A stretch of DNA of 63,808 nt, counting the filler, from Welwitschia mirabilis (Eukaryota): NCBI GenBank assembly GCA_051453625.1. It is 5 parts of one record of this genome, joined end to end, with 100 filler letters (N's around TTAATTAATTAA, not from the genome) between each part and the next. Parts side by side here need not be neighbours in the genome. Positions count along the whole stretch, not along the records: positions 1 to 18,199 come from JBOZIK010000001.1; 4 more parts are not named here. One strand, written 5' to 3'. A model generated the notes under the pieces. That model had not been told where the DNA came from and made no database searches. It saw only the letters and a list, made by a program, of their open reading frames with translations. The translations under genes and the position numbers were made by a program. How positions within the stretch are numbered: position 1 is the stretch's first letter; each line of letters starts with the position of its first letter. Below, piece after piece: positions 1 to 13,510 of this stretch.

Positions 1-870
1 TGAGTATTGTTCCAAAAGATCCTATTATCATCTATGGCTTAGCTATTTATATTGAAAACCTTTTAGGGCTTATTACATTTGAAATGTTCCTCCAACAGCT
101 ATAAACAACTAGAAAATAGCTACCTAATGGCTACATAATGGGTACATAATGTTTATAAAAATTTTATTTCTGCTCCGTTCAGTTAATCCCATAAAAATCC
201 GATCGATCTCATGTGGTACCATAATTTACATAGGTCACCTAAGAGAGAAATTTGGTCATCCTAATTTCTTACAGCTTCCTATCTAATTAATCCCATCTGA
301 TCTAATTGACCCCAATCTAGTCTCCCATAGTTTATTTAATCACCCACTCCTCTGATAAAGAACTTTCCAGTTTCCTATATTGAGTCTGATCAACCCCTTC
401 AGGTGTTTGGTCTACCCCATGATAATTGGTTCAGGCATACCAGCTACATAGTGTTTAGGTCTAGTCAACTCCATCATAGGTCTAGTCGACCTCTTGTCAT
501 TCAGTCTAGGGATACTATCTGTCAAGCTCTTAAATTTGGTTGAATCCATTCATATTTTATCAACTTCTTTTTATTTGGTTCGAGAATAATGGTTCTCGAG
601 GTTATAGATCTGGTTGACCCTATCAAAATCCGGTTAACCCCTCTAAATGTAGTTCACTTTTCTATCTACTTCAAGTGTGGTTGACCCCTTGAAAATCTAG
701 TTCACCCCATCTTGAGATAAATGAACTAATAAGTTTCTAAGCTTAGAATTTGATCATTTTAGTTCCATCTTTTAACATAAAAATAAATTAACATCTTTTG
801 CATAAAATACACAAAATTTGCTATATAAAAAAAATTATTTTGACATCAATTGGTAAAATATAATATAACA
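1..870 (-). repeat. 3' LTR (partial, runs off the window start) of SIRE-like Copia element A
   Basis: Colinear with 20640-21506 and 21560-21942. The minus strand begins TGTTATA at 870, immediately after the purine tract AAAGGAGGAGAT (871-883). Rich in degenerate GGTCGACC/GTTGACCC palindromes. Confidence 0.85.
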
Positions 871-1465
871 ATCTCCTCCTTTGACATTGATGGCAAACAA
901 TACTTAGTTGTGACACACTTAAAACTCATAGAAAAACTCATATAAAAGTCCCCCTTACAAAATTCTTGTTTGTAAAATAATAATCCAATTTGAAACAAGT
1001 GAAAGAATTTTGAACAAACAAATTTTGTGTTTTGAATGCAACCAATTTAATATAAATATTTGAGAGTTTAAAGGGCATAACTTTATGATAGACATAATGT
1101 GATCCTAAACATTGATTTAACATTGAATCAAATGATATAAATTTTGGTTCATTTCCAAATGTTATAAAGATTTTAAGTTTTTCAAGTTAAGTACATATAA
1201 TAGCATAAGAAAGCATGCTTGACATATATAATTTGTGAAAGATACAATAAGTTTTAGGATACCAAAATAACAGACCAAATGACACATGATTTTATGATAA
1301 AATAGAAAGTTGCATTTCATTAAATATAAGTGAAACATTACATGACTAACAAGAAAAAATTACAAAGTAAAAGTACTCATCAAGAGCATACAAATGGACT
1401 CATAAAAGAAGTTTAGTAATACAACTAACTCTTCCCCTTTTGACATCAATGACAAAGGAGAGAAC
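871..1465 (-). other. Multi-PPT 3' region of element A
   Basis: Several purine tracts on the minus strand: GTCAAAGGAGGAGAT at the LTR border, AAGGGGGAC at ~948-956, and GTCAAAAGGGGAAGAG with an inverted-repeat partner at ~1429-1462. Multiple PPTs are a known Sirevirus signature. Confidence 0.7.
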
Positions 1466-1526
1466 ACAAAACATAATCTAAAAAATTTCAATCTGACTCC
1501 TCTTCTTCTTTTTCTTCTTCTTCTTT

Positions 1527-2532
1527 TTATTCTTTTGAGTTTTCATCTGATTCTTCTTTATCACCTCTTATGTGTGCTGAACTAGTGGCTTTTGATGAAG
1601 TGTCAGTAATATCATATTTAGTTACAATGAAAGCTTCCTTCATATGTTTAATACAAGAGTCAATCCATCTTAGATATGAGAGGGTCTCATGAGGAAATAC
1701 TTCCTTTGATGAAGGAAATTTTGAATATTTCTTAGAGGGGATATAAATATAATGCAAGACAAGGTTGCACACCCAATGGGTGCCATAGGCTAAAGGGTTT
1801 CCAACTTCAAATGAAAGGTAATATGAAAGTGACAAAAATGCTTATCATAAGCACATAGTAGGATAAAGCCCTAGTTTTGTAATACTCTAGATCTAAAACC
1901 ATATTTTTCAGTATTATAGCAGAAGCATCTATAGAATGCTCAATTCCTACAAAATACATCAGATATGCTCGATAACAAGAGGCCTCATCATAATGGTCAA
2001 CTAAGGGCAAGAATTTATAAGTAAAAATTAAATGAATAAAGTAGTATTTTGGAGTTAATAAAGAAGTAAATAAAGTATGCTTCCAAGTATGCATCTTACC
2101 ATAGAGCTCCCTAGTAATAGCAGGCTTATCTTTCATGGTGTCCTAAAGAGGCTAAAAATATTCATAATCCCTCTTTAGAAGATCATTCAGCTCTGAAATG
2201 AAGTTAGCTATCAATCTTATCCACTTCCCTAGAATGAGGATTTCAAAGGTTCTAGTGTAACGATCAAAAGAAGCATTACAATAAAACATTCTAGTAAGAA
2301 AAGGATAGGCAAAACCAGAAACATCTAAAAAGTGATCAAAACTCTAATTTCTCAGGAGTTGGATAACTTCCTTGAGCTTTAAAGTAGCTACATATCACTC
2401 CTAGCACACTACATCTTTCTTAAACTTCTCAAAAAACATTTCAATTTAATTCTCTGACATTCCTTAGTAGAAGATGGACGGATCCCTAGAGGAGGCCTCC
2501 TTTGCTTTTCTTCTTGATGAGCTTTCTACCAT
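1527..2532 (-). pseudogene. Degenerate env-like / extra 3' ORF of element A
   Basis: Hand translation gives FLDVSGFAYPFLTRMFYCN (YPxLxRxFYxN motif), which is shared with 14903-15178. ORF fragments at 1807-2136 and 1527-1835 end in an acidic tail. It lies between the coding region and the multi-PPT. Confidence 0.65.
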
Positions 2533-3066
2533 TTCTAGACTTTGCAATCATACAACACTAAGAGAAAAGCACTAGATATAGAAGCAGAGCTCTAGATCTT
2601 AAAGGAAAGGCACTAGATATGAGATCTAGAGGGGACTAGAACATAATGAAATTGATTTAGGGTGCTCTCTTTTTTATAGACTATAAGAAATAGGGCAAAA
2701 TAAAGAAAGAAATTGGGTTTACTAACTGTACTTCCACATTGTAATATATTAAGTTCCATCAATTGCTTGAGGTTTCAATCGACCTGTCGAGATGAGAGTC
2801 AATAATATTGGAAGCAGTCTAGGCAATCAAGCTTTCAGGACGGTCGACTGATCACATCCGGTCAACCGAATCATAAATTCGGTCGATTACCCTATAATCA
2901 GCCAAGGAATGGTGACTGAACACCTAGATCATCTTCATGATTAACAATTAGATAACAGACTAGGGGTGTTACATCAGAATTTTCCAGAAAATGTTCAGTT
3001 TCATTAAGATTTAGTCTAACATTATAATTTTCATAAAATAATTGGTCAATCAATTTAGAATCTACT

Positions 3067-4135
3067 TGTTGAGAATCCATTCTCATTAATTAATTTAATG
3101 AGTTTTTGTAATTAGTCAATTATGTAGAGATTTTCTAGCACCGGGTGACCAATTCTTATAACTGGGTAATCAACTTGTTAAGAACTATGAAACTACTTCA
3201 GGTTTGGGCAACCTAACCTATCATACCAAGTGATCAAACTGATACATCAAGAAGAAGAATGATTGCAAAATAGGCGATCGAGTGTATCTTACTAGGTGAC
3301 CATGTTGATACATTAGGAGGAAGACCAGTTCTAGCATAGACGACCATGAAAATATAGTTGGATGACCCAGTTAGAACCTCTATGAAAAATTGAGATACAA
3401 GCAGGTGAACATGCAAAAATATAAGGGCAACCACATTACAATATACTGAGTTCAGTCTTATGACAGTACAAGCAACTGATCAATTATAACCGGGTGATTG
3501 CATGGCATTCTATAAAATCTCAAGACTCATAACAGAAAGGACGATAGAACAACTTAGTTATGGGGGACTGCATGTTTTCTAGAATCTATCCTCACAAGAT
3601 TGACCAAGTTATTAAAGTAAGGGAAATTGAATGAAGGTCGATCACATACTTTCATAAGGGTGATCGAATGCTCATCTATTTTATACTAGTTAATCTATGA
3701 CAAATAAAAATGATCAAAGATAAAAAATAAGGGTGACTGGATACTAGGAAAACTGAGTTTATCTCCAGGTTGATTGTATGTAATACAAATGTAACTGTTG
3801 CATTTTTAATGGTTCATCAAAAATTATGAAATATCACAACAGTTCACTTCCCTTATCTCTTTTTTTAATACCAACAAATAGAAAAAAACAATAGTCATAC
3901 TATTCTATTATTAAATCTAAATAAGCTGTTAGTTCAAATTTATATTTGAAGCTATCGTTGCATCTTTTATGAAGAAGAGATTACTATACCATTTAAAGAA
4001 AATCTATGTATTAGTGCATCTATCCTACTTCCTTTCTTTTATGGTTGAGGATCAGTCTTAAAATCCTCTAATGTTGGAATAGGTTTTTGGTAAGCCTAAA
4101 AACTAATCTTGGGAGTTAATATATGCTAACCAGGG
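3067..4135 (+). repeat. LTR B1 (3' end lost in a gap)
   Basis: Starts TGTTGAGAATCC. Colinear with 16186-17310 up to the N run at 4136. Confidence 0.85.
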
Positions 4136-4235
4136 NNNNNNNNNNNNNNNNNNNNNNNNNNNNNNNNNNNNNNNNNNNNNNNNNNNNNNNNNNNNNNNNN
4201 NNNNNNNNNNNNNNNNNNNNNNNNNNNNNNNNNNN

Positions 4236-7200
4236 CTTGACTCGAGTCATAGGTCTTCTAAAATGTAGCAGTGGTCATTTCATCATTGCAAGTTCTTAGA
4301 GAGTCAATTCTTGATACAAGAGAGTAAAGTGCAAGAGGATCTTTGTAAAAGACAAAGTGCAAAATGCAAGAGAGTGAAGCACAAAGATAAAATGTGAAAT
4401 GTAAAGAATGAATTTAAGTCTATCTTTATACTATTTTTTAAGGTTTTTATCAAAACCAATGATGTCATACTGCAAGCACATCAGGGCACATTTTCCTAAG
4501 AGAGGCCTTTAGGAATTTGATATGATAGCTATGGGAACTCCACTAGGGTGTTAGTTGGCCATGATGTATAGGTTTCTACTCCTCTAATAGGAGTTATACT
4601 TACCTCATCATGGAGAAATAATTATCATTTAAAGGCTATGAGATCAATGCCTCTCGTATCATTTTCAAATTCATTTTGTATGTTGTACTTTCACATGATT
4701 ATTTTACTTTTTTGGATTCTAGTATTGTTTTGGTATGTGAGATAATGAGTTTATGTTTGAATATCTTTTAGTCTTATCATTTATTATTTAACAACATTAA
4801 ACATATTTGACATCAGCATAATCATTGCCTATTTAAATGATATTTTCTAAGTTTTTACATACTATCATGCATTATTAATTAGGTGATTTATGATTTTTAC
4901 CAAGGTTATTTGTTACATTAGAAATTATGATCGATAATCAATATTCTTTGTGTTCCTAGTTGTCCATTTATGCTTTTCTTGTTTATTTAGCTGTTTTATT
5001 GAGTTTCAAAAAGTTATTTCCATACTTTTTTAAGATAATATTTTAGATCTAATCATTCAAAAATTTTTGTTGATATTAATTATAGTTTTTGTTCATAAAG
5101 GTTGTTTTTCTTTTAGCACTTTCTAAGAGGTGATGATGCTACTTCATCTTTTGTGTTTCATTCCTACTTTTACATGTTGACTAAGTTCAAGCATATTTGA
5201 GGATCTCTTCTAAGCATTACTTCTTTTATTATGGTCCTATGCTTCTCTTCTTGAGTTCTTTCAATATTTGTCTCTCATGATCATTGTTTTTGAGGATGAT
5301 TTTTTACTTTTAATCATCTTCCTGACTTTCTAATAATTTTCTGATCCCTAATTATTCCTACCTTGCTTATTATACTTTTCCTTGTGTTTACTATTTTTCA
5401 AAAACATCTCCTTTGATGGGCATTGTTCCATGTCTATTGTCCACATGATAGAATAGAGAAAAGTGGTCTTTTTGGTATTTTTACAATTTAGGACATCTTG
5501 GTTCTCTTGTGGAGGAAGGAGAAGGTAGGACAACTTTTTGAGCTACTTCTAAGATATCAAACATAATTTTTAATTTTAAGGATCATTTTTGAGCTTTTCA
5601 TGATACATACTTGTGATGAGACTATTTGGATCTGATTCCATATTACTTGTATAATTTTTCGTCATGGAAATTATCTAGCAAGATCACAACAACACACTTA
5701 TAGAGTTTTGTAATAGGTATGATTTAAAATATCATGGATAATGGCATCAATTTTATGATAATTCTTCATGTTTCAGCCCTCATAGATTGTTTTTTTAGTC
5801 TCTTTGACTATTCATACATATCATTTTTAGTTACTACTACTTTGATTATGCATACATATAATCATTTCTCACATTGTCATTATTATACCTTATGATTATT
5901 ATTATTTTTAAACATTTCATCATTATCTGGTAATGTGTTAAAAACTTCAAGTAGAGGGCTAATGAAGATTTCAGTACTTAGATTTTGTAATCATGTTTTA
6001 GGTATTTGAGTTTCATTTTAATTTTACAAGATCTGTCATTGCTATAGTCATCCCGATGAGATGCAAGATGACATATCCATTATGCATCCTACAGAGGTAT
6101 GGTATCAGTGAATTAGTTTTTAATTTTATTCGTACATGATAAATAGTTTAAAACTTAATTCACATTTTCCTTAGTTGTTGGTTATCTTGGTCAAATTGGC
6201 TTGCAATCTTATTGATCACTTACTTTGTCAAGGACTAATAAGGCTAAGTATAGGGATATGTTACAATGCCAATTTATAGGATTCTGATAGGGTATTTTGA
6301 GTACTTTTGTAGAACATTTATATAGGCTTATATAGAATTTTGATAATTATGAAGAATTGATGGGATGATCACTAAAACATGTAAGTATGGACATATTTAG
6401 AGGCATATCAAGAATATTCTAATATTTTATGTCTTAACGAAAAGATTAATAATGGAGAAGACTGATTTCTATTAAGCTGAAAAGACAAAGAGGCTTGTTG
6501 TCCCCTCTGTCATTTCCATGATAGTTAGGATGATAGTATTATTAATATGGAATGAAGCTATGGAGTTGACTACTATGTTTAAAGCTGATGAATCATCTCT
6601 TCTTATAGAGTATCATCCCTAGTGTCATCCCCATAATATATAGGACAGCAATTATTTTATATAAATAAAAGTGAATCATCTTTGTAATGGGTTCATGTAG
6701 CCCATGTGGGTTACTAGGGTTTCTTTTCTAACTTCTAGGATTTTTCTTTTAGAACTTCAATGTAAAACTATAAATATACTCCTTTTTCTTAACTTCCATT
6801 TTCATCTTTTGTAATGGCTTTTTTTGTGATGAAATATTAAAGTATAACAGATCCATTCATTAGGTGTACAGAAATGATTTCTTTGCTATTGTGCTAAGTA
6901 TCCTCTATTGAGGTGTTTCTACTTTATTATAATTGAATGTTAAATTAATAATTATTTCAAGAACTCTTTTCACTTCTATTGTGTAAACCTTCATTACGAT
7001 TATGTTGATTATGATTTAGTGATTACTTAATAGTTTATCTAAATTATAAGAGAAACCTTTGTTAAGGTTGAAATTATTATTTTGGATTTTACATTGCATT
7101 TCATTTTATTCCCTTCTATATTTACATTTATTTACATTTTTTTTAGTATATCTAATAGCTTTTGTTGATTAGGGATAAGTGATAACTTTTTCTAATTGAT

Positions 7201-7348
7201 CTAAGTTATAAGGGTTAATTATTTTGGCAGAAGGATTCGAATTCAAATAGACCCATTAAACTTGCATTTCATCTAATTGAATTCATCATCATTTATCTTA
7301 TATTATATTTGCATTACTTATTATTTTATTTATTAAAGAAAGAAGACT
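4236..7348 (+). mobile_element. Athila-like Gypsy fragment: 3' non-coding region, PPT (~6228-6258) and truncated LTR (6259-7348)
   Basis: TTGGCTTGCAATC...TTTGTCAAGGACTAATAAGGCTAAGTATAGGGATA|TGTTAC matches the reverse complement of the PPT/LTR junctions at 24114, 31242 and 39813. The motif at 4530-4560 recurs inverted at 43570-43602. Confidence 0.65.
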
Positions 7349-8550
7349 TGTTGAAAACCTATGGTCGTTGATTAATTTAATGAGTTTTTATAGTTAGTCA
7401 ATTGTTAGAGATTTTCCAGTAGCAGGTGATTGAGATAATACATCAAGAAGAAGACTGGTTATAAAATGGATAACCGAGTTTATCCTACTAGCGACTGCAC
7501 TGATATATTAGGAAAAAAACTAGTTCCAGAATAGGTAACCATGATAATCTATTTAGTGACCTAGTAAGAACCTCTATATAAAAAGTGGAGCAAACGTGGA
7601 CAACCATTCAAAAAGATAGGGTGACCACGTTACAATCTACTAAATTCAGTCTAATGATAGAATAAGTAACCGATGAGTTATAAATGGGTAATCACATAAT
7701 AACCAATGAATCTTTAGTCTCCTGATAGCAAGGATGACCAAACAAATTACTTACAAGCGACCACATACTACCCAAAATATACCCTCACAAGATTGATCGA
7801 GTCATCAAAGTAAGGGCAACTAAATAAAGGTCAATCACATAACTTTATAAGGGCAATTAAACATGAATCTATTTTATACTGAGAAATTTGTAATAACCAA
7901 GGTTAATCGAAGATAGAAAAGAAGGATAACTGGATACCCAGGCAATCAAGTATTGTATTAAGATCAATTGTATGTAGTACAAATGTAACTGTTACGTTTC
8001 TAACAATTCATTAAAAAGCATAAAATCTTACAATGGTTCACTTTCCTTCTCTTAAATGATTACCTTGTATATTTTCATTATTTAAGCTTCCTTCAAATCA
8101 AAAGAAAGGCACCTTTTTATCACACCAACGAATAGAAAAAGAAAAACTGTTATACCATTTTAACATCGTATTTGAACAATCTATAAGTTTAGATTTTTAT
8201 TTGAAGATATCATTGCATCTTCTATGAAGAAGAAATTGTTGCATCATTGAGATCAAATCTGTGAATTTGTGTATCAATCCTACTTCCTTTCTTTTATTGT
8301 TAAGGATTAGCTTTAAAATCCTCTAATGTTGAATAAGGCTTTTAGTAAGCTTGAAAATTAATCTTAGGAGTTAATATATGCCAGCTATGGATCGAAGGTT
8401 TAAGGGGTTAAAGGATGATGTATATCCACCATTAAAATACCTTGCACCTATGTTTTGTACTTTCATTTCTTTGATTTTCAAGTTTTTAAGAGTATAGAAA
8501 TTGGATTTAAGTCCTATCCACTTCCCTTTATGGTCAATCCACTATTTTTA
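7349..8550 (+). repeat. LTR B2 (5' LTR of the coding unit)
   Basis: Starts TGTTGAAAACC and is colinear with B1 and B3. Ends CTATCCACTTCCCTTTA...ACTATTTTTA, followed by a decayed PBS. Confidence 0.85.
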
Positions 8551-8564
8551 ATTGGTTTTAAAGC
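8551..8564 (+). other. Degenerate tRNA-iMet primer binding site
   Basis: ATTGGTTTTAAAGC versus consensus TGGTATCAGAGC, directly after the LTR end and ~50 nt before gag. Confidence 0.65.
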
Positions 8565-8615
8565 AAAGTTAAACAATAAATCCTAATAGATCTTTGCTCC
8601 ATTCAACTCTAGAAA

Positions 8616-11600
8616 ATGAGTCAGTCCATGGAATAAAAATTTGTCACAAGGCCTTTCTTCTTTGATGGAAGCAACTATGGTTATTGGAAGGCAAAGATGA
8701 GAGTCTTTGTTTAATTTATTGACTTTAAAATATGGGAGTCTATTACTAATGGATATTGTATTCCCACTGTGCAGGATCCTGTAACTAAGTTAGCTACTCT
8801 AAAGAGCAAGGACAAGTGGATATAGCAGTAACTTACAACTTTAAAGGACTAAATGCCATATTCTATGTCATAGGTCTAGTAGATTTTAAAAGAGTAGTAA
8901 ATTTCACCACTACTAAAAAAGCTTGGGATATCTTAAAGACAGCTCATGAGGGAACCAACCTAGTAAAGCTAATAGATATTGTAAATTCTATGCGTACTTA
9001 GATAAAATTATTGAAGAATCAAGAGTAGTTCACAAAGCATTAAGATCTCTACTCAAAAGATTCAAATCCAAAGTAATTGCCATTGAAAAAAGCAATAACT
9101 TGAATATTATAAATATGGATGAAATCCAAGGAAATATTCACACATTTGTACTCAAATTTAAAAAATAAAAGAAGAAAAGTATGGCCTTGACTACTACTCA
9201 TGAAATCCCTGAGATCAAAAATGGATCTGACCAAGAACTAGAAAGAGATAATGAAGTGGCTCTTTTAACCAAAAAATCTAGATTCTTCATGCAGAGATAA
9301 CAAGGTGGAGGTAAATCTAGGATATTGCTAAGAAGGAAAGAGGAAGGACAATGATAAATTCAATGATATTATTACAAAGCCTTTGGTCACACATCAAGTA
9401 TCTGCCCAAAACTAGAAAAGATAATAAAAGAAAAGAAAAGAAAGTCTTGTTAACAACATGGAATGATAAAGAGAGTGAGAGTGAATAGAACTCAAATTCA
9501 GAACATGGTGGAATCTCTCTCACAGCCATTATAGATAAAAAGGTATGCTCCTCTCCTATCATTCATTCAATTGTTAGTAATGATACATTAAATGATATAG
9601 AAATGAAACTTTATTTGGAATGTTAAAATCTAACTCATAAAGTAAATAATCTTAAAAAAGAAAATAAAAGTCTACTAGATAAGCTTGAGAGTCAAGAAAA
9701 GGAAATTAAACATCTAAAAAATAACCTTGCCTCAATCTCCAATTGGATTAAAGAAACTGTGTCTAGAAAATTGTTTGCTAGCTTATTTAATTCTTATAAT
9801 AGTTCATATATCAAGCCTTTATCTAAATTAAATTCTAAATATCCTTTACCAAATATCACCTTCCATTATTACAACAAAAAATGTCATTCAAATATTGATT
9901 ACATTCTTTGCAAAAGTTGATTCCCTCACTCCATGTTAGGATCTAAGTTTACTTTTTCTCCAAAATCGAATCAATATTTGAGTAACGAAAAAAAAAATGC
10001 CTAAGATGGATTCTAAAATCCATAAATAAAATACTATTAATCCAAACTACTTTAAAAGCAACTAATTATTCTTGCTAGTATCGTGATAGTGTTTGCTCCA
10101 GATATATGACAAGTGGCAATTCAAACTTCATCAACTTCAAGGAATACAATGAAAGAGAATTAACTTTTGGGGACAATGGAAGACCTAAGATTGAAGGCAT
10201 TGAAAGCATTAGTGGAGGTGAGATATTTAATATTCACAATGTGTTATTTGTAAAAGGATTTAAGCATAATTTGTTAAGCATTAGTGAAATTTGTAATAAA
10301 CATCATAAAGTATTTTTTGATGAAAATAAGTTTATTATGAAACATAGTAAATCAAATCAACTTTTACTTGTAGAAAATAGACATGAAAATGTATATTATG
10401 TAAATCAATCTAATAATTTTACTTGTTTTTCATCTCATACTCAAGAAGACAACATATGACATCAATGTTTAGGTCAAATTAGTTTTGATTCCTTGAATAA
10501 ATATTATCATGATGAAATAGTTAGGGGTCTTTTAAAAATCTCTTTTTCTCCTAAAGGACTATGTGATGCTTGTCAAAAAGGGAAACAAAGTAGAATGTCT
10601 TGTAAAAGAATTAGCAATATCACAACTAGTAAAGGTTTAGATTTAATTCAAATGAATTTGGTTGGGCCTATTCAAACTGCTAGTCTATTTGGAAAAATAT
10701 GTTTTCTTATTATGGTTTATGACTTTTTTAGATTCTCGTGGGCAACTTTTCTTCATGCAAAATCTGATGCATTAGAAAATTTCATTAAAATTTGGAAGAA
10801 ACTTCAAACTGAAAATGGATATATAATTAAGAAAATCCAAAGTAATCATGGTAGAGAATTTAAAAATGAAAGATTTAAATTGTATTTTAACTTGAATAGA
10901 ATTAACCATGAGTTCTTAGCTCCTAAAACCCCTCAAGAAAATGGGATAGCTGAAAAAAAAATCAAACTTTATTAGATATGATAAGAGTTATGTTAAAATG
11001 ATAAGAATATTTCAAAACATTTTTAGATTGAAGAAGTGAACATGGCTTGTCATACCCAAAACTTCTAAAACTTTTTATGAGCTTTGACAAGGAAAGAAGT
11101 TGAATATATCTTATTTTAAAACCTTTGGAAGTAAGTTATTTATCCTGAGAGATAGAGAATAATTAGCAAAATTTGATTCTAAATTTGATGAATGAAGCTT
11201 TTTAAGGTACTATCAATTAAGTAGAGCTTATAGAGTGTTTAACAAATGTACTCTACATATGAAAGAATCTATTAATGTAAAAATCCATAACGTTTTAGAT
11301 ACCTCAAAATCCATTGAACTTAATGAAGATCTAATTCATTCCTCTTCTATCAATCAAAATGAAAATAACTCAAAAGATAAGGCAATCCTAGAAATCAAAA
11401 AACTCAAGGATCATCCTCTAGACTCTATTATTGGAAATGTTCAGTAAGGCATTATTACTAGAAACTCTCTTAAAAAAATTAGTGCTCATGTTTATTTTCT
11501 ATCTTAAGTGGNNNNNNNNNNNNNNNNNNNNNNNNNNNNNNNNNNNNNNNNNNNNNNNNNNNNNNNNNNNNNNNNNNNNNNNNNNNNNNNNNNNNNNNNN

Positions 11601-13510
11601 NNNNNNNNNNNNNNNNNNNNNNNNNNNNNNNNNNNNNNNNNNNNNNNNNNNNNNNNNNNNNNNNNNNNNNNNNNNNNNNNNNNNNNNNNNNNNNNNNNNN
11701 NNNNNNNNNNNNNNNNNNNNNNNNNNNNNNNNNNNNNNNNNNNNNNNNNNNNNNNNNNNNNNNNNNNNNNNNNNNNNNNNNNNNNNNNNNNNNNNNNNNN
11801 NNNNNNNNNNNNNNNNNNNNNNNNNNNNNNNNNNNNNNNNNNNNNNNNNNNNNNNNNNNNNNNNNNNNNNNNNNNNNNNNNNNNNNNNNNNNNNNNNNNN
11901 NNNNNNNNNNNNNNNNNNNNNNNNNNNNNNNNNNNNNNNNNNNNNNNNNNNNNNNNNNNNNNNNNNNNNNNNNNNNNNNNNNNNNNNNNNNNNNNNNNNN
12001 NNNNNNNNNNNNNNNNNNNNNNNNNNNNNNNNNNNNNNNNNNNNNNNNNNNNNNNNNNNNNNNNNNNNNNNNNNNNNNNNNNNNNNNNNNNNNNNNNNNN
12101 NNNNNNNNNNNNNNNNNNNNNNNNNNNNNNNNNNNNNNNNNNNNNNNNNNNNNNNNNNNNNNNNNNNNNNNNNNNNNNNNNNNNNNNNNNNNNNNNNNNN
12201 NNNNNNNNNNNNNNNNNNNNNNNNNNNNNNNNNNNNNNNNNNNNNNNNNNNNNNNNNNNNNNNNNNNNNNNNNNNNNNNNNNNNNNNNNNNNNNNNNNNN
12301 NNNNNNNNNNNNNNNNNNNNNNNNNNNNNNNNNNNNNNNNNNNNNNNNNNNNNNNNNNNNNNNNNNNNNNNNNNNNNNNCTCAAGGCTTCTCTGATCCAC
12401 ATAAACTTGATTATGTATATAAACTTAACAAGGCCTTGTATGGGTTAAAACAAGCTTCTACAACTTGGTAAGAAAATCTTTCCTTATTCTTACTCTAGTG
12501 TGGTTTTTATAAAGGTTTGATTGATAAAAATTTATTTAGAAAAGTTTTAAATGATGATTTAATTTTACTTTAAATCTATGTGGATGATATTATTTTTGGG
12601 TCAATAGATGTAAAATTGTTAAATGATTTTACAAGACTAATGAGTTTTAAGTTTGAAATAAGCATGGTTGGACTAGTAAATATGTTTTTGAGCCTATAAA
12701 TTAAACAACATCAAGATGGTATCTTTATAAATCAAAAGAAATACTCTTTAGATTTAATAACAAAATTAAAACTTGAGAATGCAAAGTGTATGAACTCTCT
12801 AATAACTACAAATGTAAAGCTTTATCTTGATGAAAATGGTAAGGATGTGGATAAAAAGGTATATCATAATATTATTTAAAGTCTATTGTATCTAATAACT
12901 AGTCATTCCAACATAGCTTTCAGTGTTGGTTTGTATGCCAAGTATTAAAGCAAACTAAAGGAATCACATCTTTTTACTACAAAGAGAATACTTCACTATG
13001 TAAAAGGTACTCTAGACCTTGGTTTATGGTTTTTAAATTACACTCCCTTAAGATTAATAGATTATAGCAATACGGATTGGGATGGATGCAAAGATGATTG
13101 TAAGAGCACAAGTGGTGAATGTTTCTTCTTTGAAAATTATTTCACTACCTGGTATAGCAAAAAACAATGCTCCATATCTCTATCTACTGCTAAAGCTGAA
13201 TATATAGATGCTGGATCATGTTGTACTCAGACTTTATGAATGAAAGACACTTTAAAGGAGAGAAGTTCCCATTTTTTGTGATAACTCAAGTGCTATTCAA
13301 ATTACTCATAATCCAGTTCATCATACTTGCACTAAGCACATTGATATCAGGTATTATTTTATTTGAGAATTGGTAGGAAAAAAAATAATTACCTTACAAT
13401 ATGTTTGAATTGAAGATCAATTAGCAAATATATTTACAAAACCTTTATCATCTAATCTTTTTGCAACTCTTCATTACTTTCTGGGTATTAAGTCTAAAAA
13501 GAACTTGTAA
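8616..13510 (+). pseudogene. Copia gag-pol pseudogene (gag, protease, integrase, RT, RNase H)
   Basis: gag RPFFFDGSNYGYWKAKMRVF (~8650-8710). Decayed protease motif of YLDSGCSRHMTG type (~10076-10117). Integrase ORF 10493-10975 (CDACQKGK, PKTPQENG). RT GFSDP..VYKLNKALYGLKQA and IYVDDIIFG (12574-12600). RNase H end TKHIDIRY, EDQLANIFTKPL. Many stops and frameshifts; gap at 11512-12379. Confidence 0.95.

Noticed and set aside
3234-3434. Similar small ORFs at 3234-3434 and 16322-16579
   Set aside because: The similarity reflects two copies of the same LTR, not a conserved gene.
11431-12471. Long ORFs made mostly of X (also near 14, 19, 25, 26, 28 and 42 kb)
   Set aside because: Artefacts of translating N runs.
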